A stretch of 21,823 bases of DNA from an uncultured Phycisphaerales bacterium (GTDB lineage Bacteria > Planctomycetota > Phycisphaerae > Phycisphaerales > SM1A02), in contig CALKEP010000057.1 of NCBI GenBank assembly GCA_938084645.1, positions 1-21,823 of the forward strand. Direction: 5' to 3'. How positions within the stretch are numbered: position 1 is the stretch's first letter; each line of letters begins with the position of its first letter. Position numbers and translations under genes: made by a program. Of this stretch, positions 18,746-21,823 are shown in pieces. A model generated the notes under the pieces. It searched no databases, had not been told where the DNA came from, and worked only from the letters and a program-made list of their open reading frames with translations.

Positions 18746-19447
18746 ATGCAGAACCCCTTCTACGCCCCCTACGGAAACGACAACAACTGCTGCGGCGATG
18801 CCGGTGACTGCACCGGTCCCTGCCCCGCCGACGGTTGGAACAACCCCGGATTCACCGGCTACCAGCCCGGCTTCAACCCCGGCTACACCCCCGGTTACAA
18901 CTCGAACTTCACCGGGTACGCCCCCGGCTTCCAGGGCTGGAACGCACCGACCAACGCCGGGTGGAACAACCCCGGATTCACCGGCTTCAACCCCGGCTTC
19001 AACCCCGGTTACAACCCGAACTTCACCGGGTACGCCCCCGGCTTCCAGGGCTGGAACGCACCGACCTACGCCGGGTGGAACAACCCCGGATTCACCGGCT
19101 TCAACCCCGGCTTCAACCCGAACTTCACCGGGTACGCCCCCGGCTACCAGGGCTGGAACGCACCGACCTACGCCGGGTGGAACAACCCCGGTTTCACCGG
19201 CTTCAACCCGAACTTCACCGGGTACGCCCCCGGCTACCAGGGCTGGAACGCACCGACCCACGCCGGGTGGAACAACCCCGGATTCACCGGCTTCAACCCC
19301 GGGTTCAACGACTTTGCGAACGTTCCCGGTTCGAATCCCGGCACCACGTCCGGCAACACTTCCGGCACCCCGGGCATGACGCCCACCACGAACACCGGCC
19401 ACCCCGGTTTCAACTGGACCGGCGGCTACGCGACCAACGCGGCCTGA
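18746..19447 (+). CDS. Low-complexity G/N/P/aromatic tandem-repeat protein (prion-like), function unknown
   Basis: GGAG SD 10 nt upstream; strongly C/G-ending codons in this frame (TTC, AAC, CCC, GGC, TAC); terminator hairpin downstream. Confidence 0.8.
   Translation: MQNPFYAPYGNDNNCCGDAGDCTGPCPADGWNNPGFTGYQPGFNPGYTPGYNSNFTGYAPGFQGWNAPTNAGWNNPGFTGFNPGFNPGYNPNFTGYAPGFQGWNAPTYAGWNNPGFTGFNPGFNPNFTGYAPGYQGWNAPTYAGWNNPGFTGFNPNFTGYAPGYQGWNAPTHAGWNNPGFTGFNPGFNDFANVPGSNPGTTSGNTSGTPGMTPTTNTGHPGFNWTGGYATNAA
18833..19309 (+). repeat. Nested coding tandem repeat: units of 126, 114, 102 and 90 bp plus a partial fifth
   Basis: Units start at 18833, 18959, 19073, 19175 and 19265 (GG[TG]TGGAACAACCCCGG...). 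The internal 12-bp G-[FY]-x-P subrepeat is present 4, 3, 2 and 1 times. Confidence 0.95.
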
Positions 19448-19473
19448 GACGCTTCGATCGAGATGTTCACGAC

Positions 19474-19517
19474 CGCGGCACGTCGGATTTCCCCGACGTG
19501 CCGCGTGTCCAGTTTTT
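19474..19517 (+). terminator. Intrinsic terminator candidate after the repeat-protein gene
   Basis: CGCGGCACGTCGG-ATTTCC-CCGACGTGCCGCG is a 13-bp stem followed by TGTCCAGTTTTT. Confidence 0.65.
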
Positions 19518-19530
19518 GTACCATTCCCCG

Positions 19531-20346
19531 GTGCTCGTCACTGAAGCCAAGGACATCGCCGGCGCCACGTGCGCCGCTCGCAAGGTCGTCGAGACCCACG
19601 AGCGGCTCGTGGAATTCCTCCGCGCCGGCCAGACCCTCGCGGAAATCGACGCCTTCGTGGGTCGAACCCTGACGGATCTGGACAGCATCAGTGCATTCAA
19701 GCACTACCGCGTCCGCGGACATCCGCCGTTTCCGAGCGAGGCGTGCCTCTCGGTGAACGCCTGCGTCGTCCACGGCACGCACGACATGACCTCGGACCCC
19801 GTCGTCGCGGGCGATCTCCTCTCCATCGACATCGGGGTCAAGCACGATGGCTGGATCGGCGACGCCGCCTGGACCTATGTCATCGAAGGCGCCGATGAAA
19901 CCTCGATGCGGCTCGTCGAATCGGGCCGGGAGTCCCTCCGTCTGGGCGTGGAGGCGATGAAGCCCGGCCGCCCACTCGTCGACTGGGCACGGACCGTGCA
20001 GGACCACGTGGAGAAGAAGTGCGGCTTCGGGCTGGTCCGCGGCCTGGGAGGTCACGGCTACGGCAAGACCCTTCACGGACCGCCGTTCATCTCGAATGTC
20101 GTCCCGACCTACCCCGGGGAGTGGCCGGACGCGTTCCGAAGCTTCCGACCCGGCATGCTGGTCGCGGTCGAGCCGATGATCGCGGTGAGCACCACCGAGA
20201 TCCGGAGTGAGGGTCGTGAGTGGCCCATCTACTCGGCGGACGGCTCCCGAAGCGTCCACCATGAGGCCGACGTGCTGATCACCGAAGCGGGCCCCGTCAA
20301 CCTCACCGCCGGACTCTTCGATCTCCCGGACGTGGTCGGAAACTGA
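19531..20346 (+). CDS. map: Type I methionine aminopeptidase (271 aa)
   Basis: CLSVNACVVHG, GDLLSIDIGV..DGWIGDAAWT, GGHGYG..LH, AVEPMI, SVHHEADVLIT. GTG start at 19531 gives the normal Map N-terminus, with TACCAT 6 nt upstream. Confidence 0.95.
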   Translation: MLVTEAKDIAGATCAARKVVETHERLVEFLRAGQTLAEIDAFVGRTLTDLDSISAFKHYRVRGHPPFPSEACLSVNACVVHGTHDMTSDPVVAGDLLSIDIGVKHDGWIGDAAWTYVIEGADETSMRLVESGRESLRLGVEAMKPGRPLVDWARTVQDHVEKKCGFGLVRGLGGHGYGKTLHGPPFISNVVPTYPGEWPDAFRSFRPGMLVAVEPMIAVSTTEIRSEGREWPIYSADGSRSVHHEADVLITEAGPVNLTAGLFDLPDVVGN

Positions 20347-20362
20347 CTCAAAGGCCACCTGC

Positions 20363-21568
20363 ATGACCACCGGAATCGCGCTGCTCCTCGAAGGCATCCA
20401 CCCGGATGCCGATGCCGCCCTCGAGTCGGCGGGTCTGGATGTCGTGCACGAGTCCGGGGCCATGTCCGAGGAGGCCCTCGATGCCGCGCTCGCCGACGCC
20501 ACCGTGCTGGGCGTCCGGTCGAAGTCCCGAATCACCCCGGCCCTCCTCGACCGCCATCCGCAACTGCTGGCGGTCGGCTGTTTCTGCATCGGGACCGACC
20601 AGCTCGATCTCCGCGACGCCGCCCGTCGCGGACTCGCGGTCTTCAACGCCCCGTTCTCGAACACCCGAAGCGTCGCCGAACTCACCATCGCCGAGATCGT
20701 CGCCCTCCATCGCCGGCTCGGTGACCGAAGCCGTGAACTGCACGACGGCATCTGGCGGAAGTCCGCCGCGAACGCCCACGAAGTCCGAGGCCGGACGCTC
20801 GGCATCATCGGCTACGGCCACATCGGCTCCCAGGTATCGGTGCTCGCCGAAGCGTTCGGGATGCGGGTGGTCTTCCACGACACCCAGCCGAAACTCGCCC
20901 TCGGGAACGCCCGGGCCGCCGGTTCGCTCGGCGAACTGCTCGCCGAGAGCGACGTCGTCTCGCTCCACGTTCCCGACGAACCCTCGACCCGCGGCCTGCT
21001 CGGGCCCGCCGAACTCGCCCGCATGAAGCCCGGGGCGATGCTCATCAACAACGCCCGCGGCTCGGTGGTCGATCTCGACGCCCTCGCCGACGCCCTGCGA
21101 TCCGGCGCGATCGGCGGGGCGGCGGTCGACGTCTATCCGAGCGAACCGAAACGAAATGACGATCCGTTCTCGACGCCCCTCGCCGGACTGCCCAACGTCA
21201 TCCTGACCCCGCACATCGGGGGCTCGACCGAGGAGGCCCAGGCCGCGATCGCCCGTGATGCCGCTGGCAAGGTCGCCCGCTACCTGACCGAGGGTTCAAC
21301 TCGGACCTCGGTCAGCGTCCCGGAAGTCGATCTGCCGAGCCCGAAGCCGGACCGGCACCGGATCCTGCACTTCCATCGCAACGTCCCCGGCGTGCTCGGT
21401 CGCATGCACACCCTGCTCGCCGAGATCGACGCGAACATCACCGCCGAGTACCTGCAGTCCGACCCCGAGGTCAGCTACGTGATCCTCGACGTCGAATCCG
21501 AGTCGGTCGACGAGGTCGCCGAGCGAATGCGATCGATCCCCGAGACGATCCGGATGCGGACGGTTTAG
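20363..21568 (+). CDS. serA: D-3-phosphoglycerate dehydrogenase (E. coli type, C-terminal ACT domain)
   Basis: GCFCIGTDQ, FNAPFSNTRSVAEL, GIIGYGHIG, INNARG, LTPHIGGSTEEAQ, ACT HFHRNVPGVL. Confidence 0.96.
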   Translation: MTTGIALLLEGIHPDADAALESAGLDVVHESGAMSEEALDAALADATVLGVRSKSRITPALLDRHPQLLAVGCFCIGTDQLDLRDAARRGLAVFNAPFSNTRSVAELTIAEIVALHRRLGDRSRELHDGIWRKSAANAHEVRGRTLGIIGYGHIGSQVSVLAEAFGMRVVFHDTQPKLALGNARAAGSLGELLAESDVVSLHVPDEPSTRGLLGPAELARMKPGAMLINNARGSVVDLDALADALRSGAIGGAAVDVYPSEPKRNDDPFSTPLAGLPNVILTPHIGGSTEEAQAAIARDAAGKVARYLTEGSTRTSVSVPEVDLPSPKPDRHRILHFHRNVPGVLGRMHTLLAEIDANITAEYLQSDPEVSYVILDVESESVDEVAERMRSIPETIRMRTV

Positions 21569-21571
21569 TTG

Positions 21572-21823
21572 AGCGCTACGGCGGCCCGTTCGGGCCGCCT
21601 GGCTTTCCTGGTCTCGGTCGGCGCGGCGAGGCCGCGCAAGCCGAATTTGAACGATTCAGCTTCAGCGCTGCGGCGGCCCGTTCGGGCCGCCTGGCTTTCC
21701 CGCGATCGGTCGGCGCGGCGAGGCCGCGCAAGCCGGATTCGAGCGAATCAGCTTCAGCGCTGCGGCAGCCCGTTCGGGCCGCCTGGCTTTCCCGCGATCG
21801 GTCGACGCGGCGAGGCCGCGCAA
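21572..21823. repeat. 92-bp palindromic tandem repeat array (REP/BIME-like), at least 3 copies, truncated by window end
   Basis: Copies start at 21572, 21664 and 21756 (AGCGCTRCGGCRGCCCGTTCGGGCCGCCTGGCTTTCC...GCGGCGAGGCCGCGCAA); each has internal inverted repeats. Confidence 0.93.

Noticed and set aside
18618..19402. Alternative-frame repeat ORFs (18618-19379 +, Pro/Thr-rich; 18635-19402 -, elastin-like GVP)
   Set aside because: These are shadows of the same repeat. Only the 18746 frame has the genome's GC3 codon pattern, an SD and a terminator.
18746..19447. Multi-core RiPP precursor (Trp/Asn-rich cores)
   Set aside because: No radical SAM, YcaO, peptidase or transporter genes are adjacent, and there are no clear leader or cleavage motifs. 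Distant maturases cannot be excluded.
18835..20346. 503-aa ORF fusing an R/L/P/Q repeat to methionine aminopeptidase
   Set aside because: The N-terminal half is the off-frame reading of the repeat gene. A terminator hairpin (19474-19505) and a -10 box with GTG 19531 separate the two genes, and Map homology begins at 19531.
21572..21823. CRISPR array
   Set aside because: The whole 92-bp unit is repeated with no unique spacers, and no cas genes are present in the window.

Overview
High-GC bacterial housekeeping region. It is probably Planctomycetota/Phycisphaerales-like, inferred mainly from the Cys-rich secreted protein with a C-terminal 'DLDGDGxVGGADLGLLLAAWG' dockerin-like repeat. Genes in order: partial beta-helix protein, small hypothetical, stand-alone atpD, BamE/SmpA-like lipoprotein, HExxH gluzincin-type peptidase, iscS-iscU-iscA, panC, alpha/beta-hydrolase lipoprotein, two-domain TlpA-like redoxin, polyprenyl synthetase, SAM methyltransferase, Cys-rich dockerin-like protein, ChaN-like lipoprotein, STAS anti-anti-sigma factor, hutI, a G/N/P/aromatic repeat protein, map and serA. 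Four features stand out. (1) A 233-aa prion-like low-complexity protein whose tandem units shorten stepwise (42/38/34/30 aa) and which has no K, R, E, L or I. (2) TANNNT -10 boxes 6-9 nt before seven start codons, suggesting widespread leaderless transcription. (3) A 92-bp multi-hairpin tandem repeat array at the window end. (4) An iscSUA cluster without iscR, with a palindromic Fur-like operator candidate upstream. No tRNA, rRNA, transposase or cas genes were seen.
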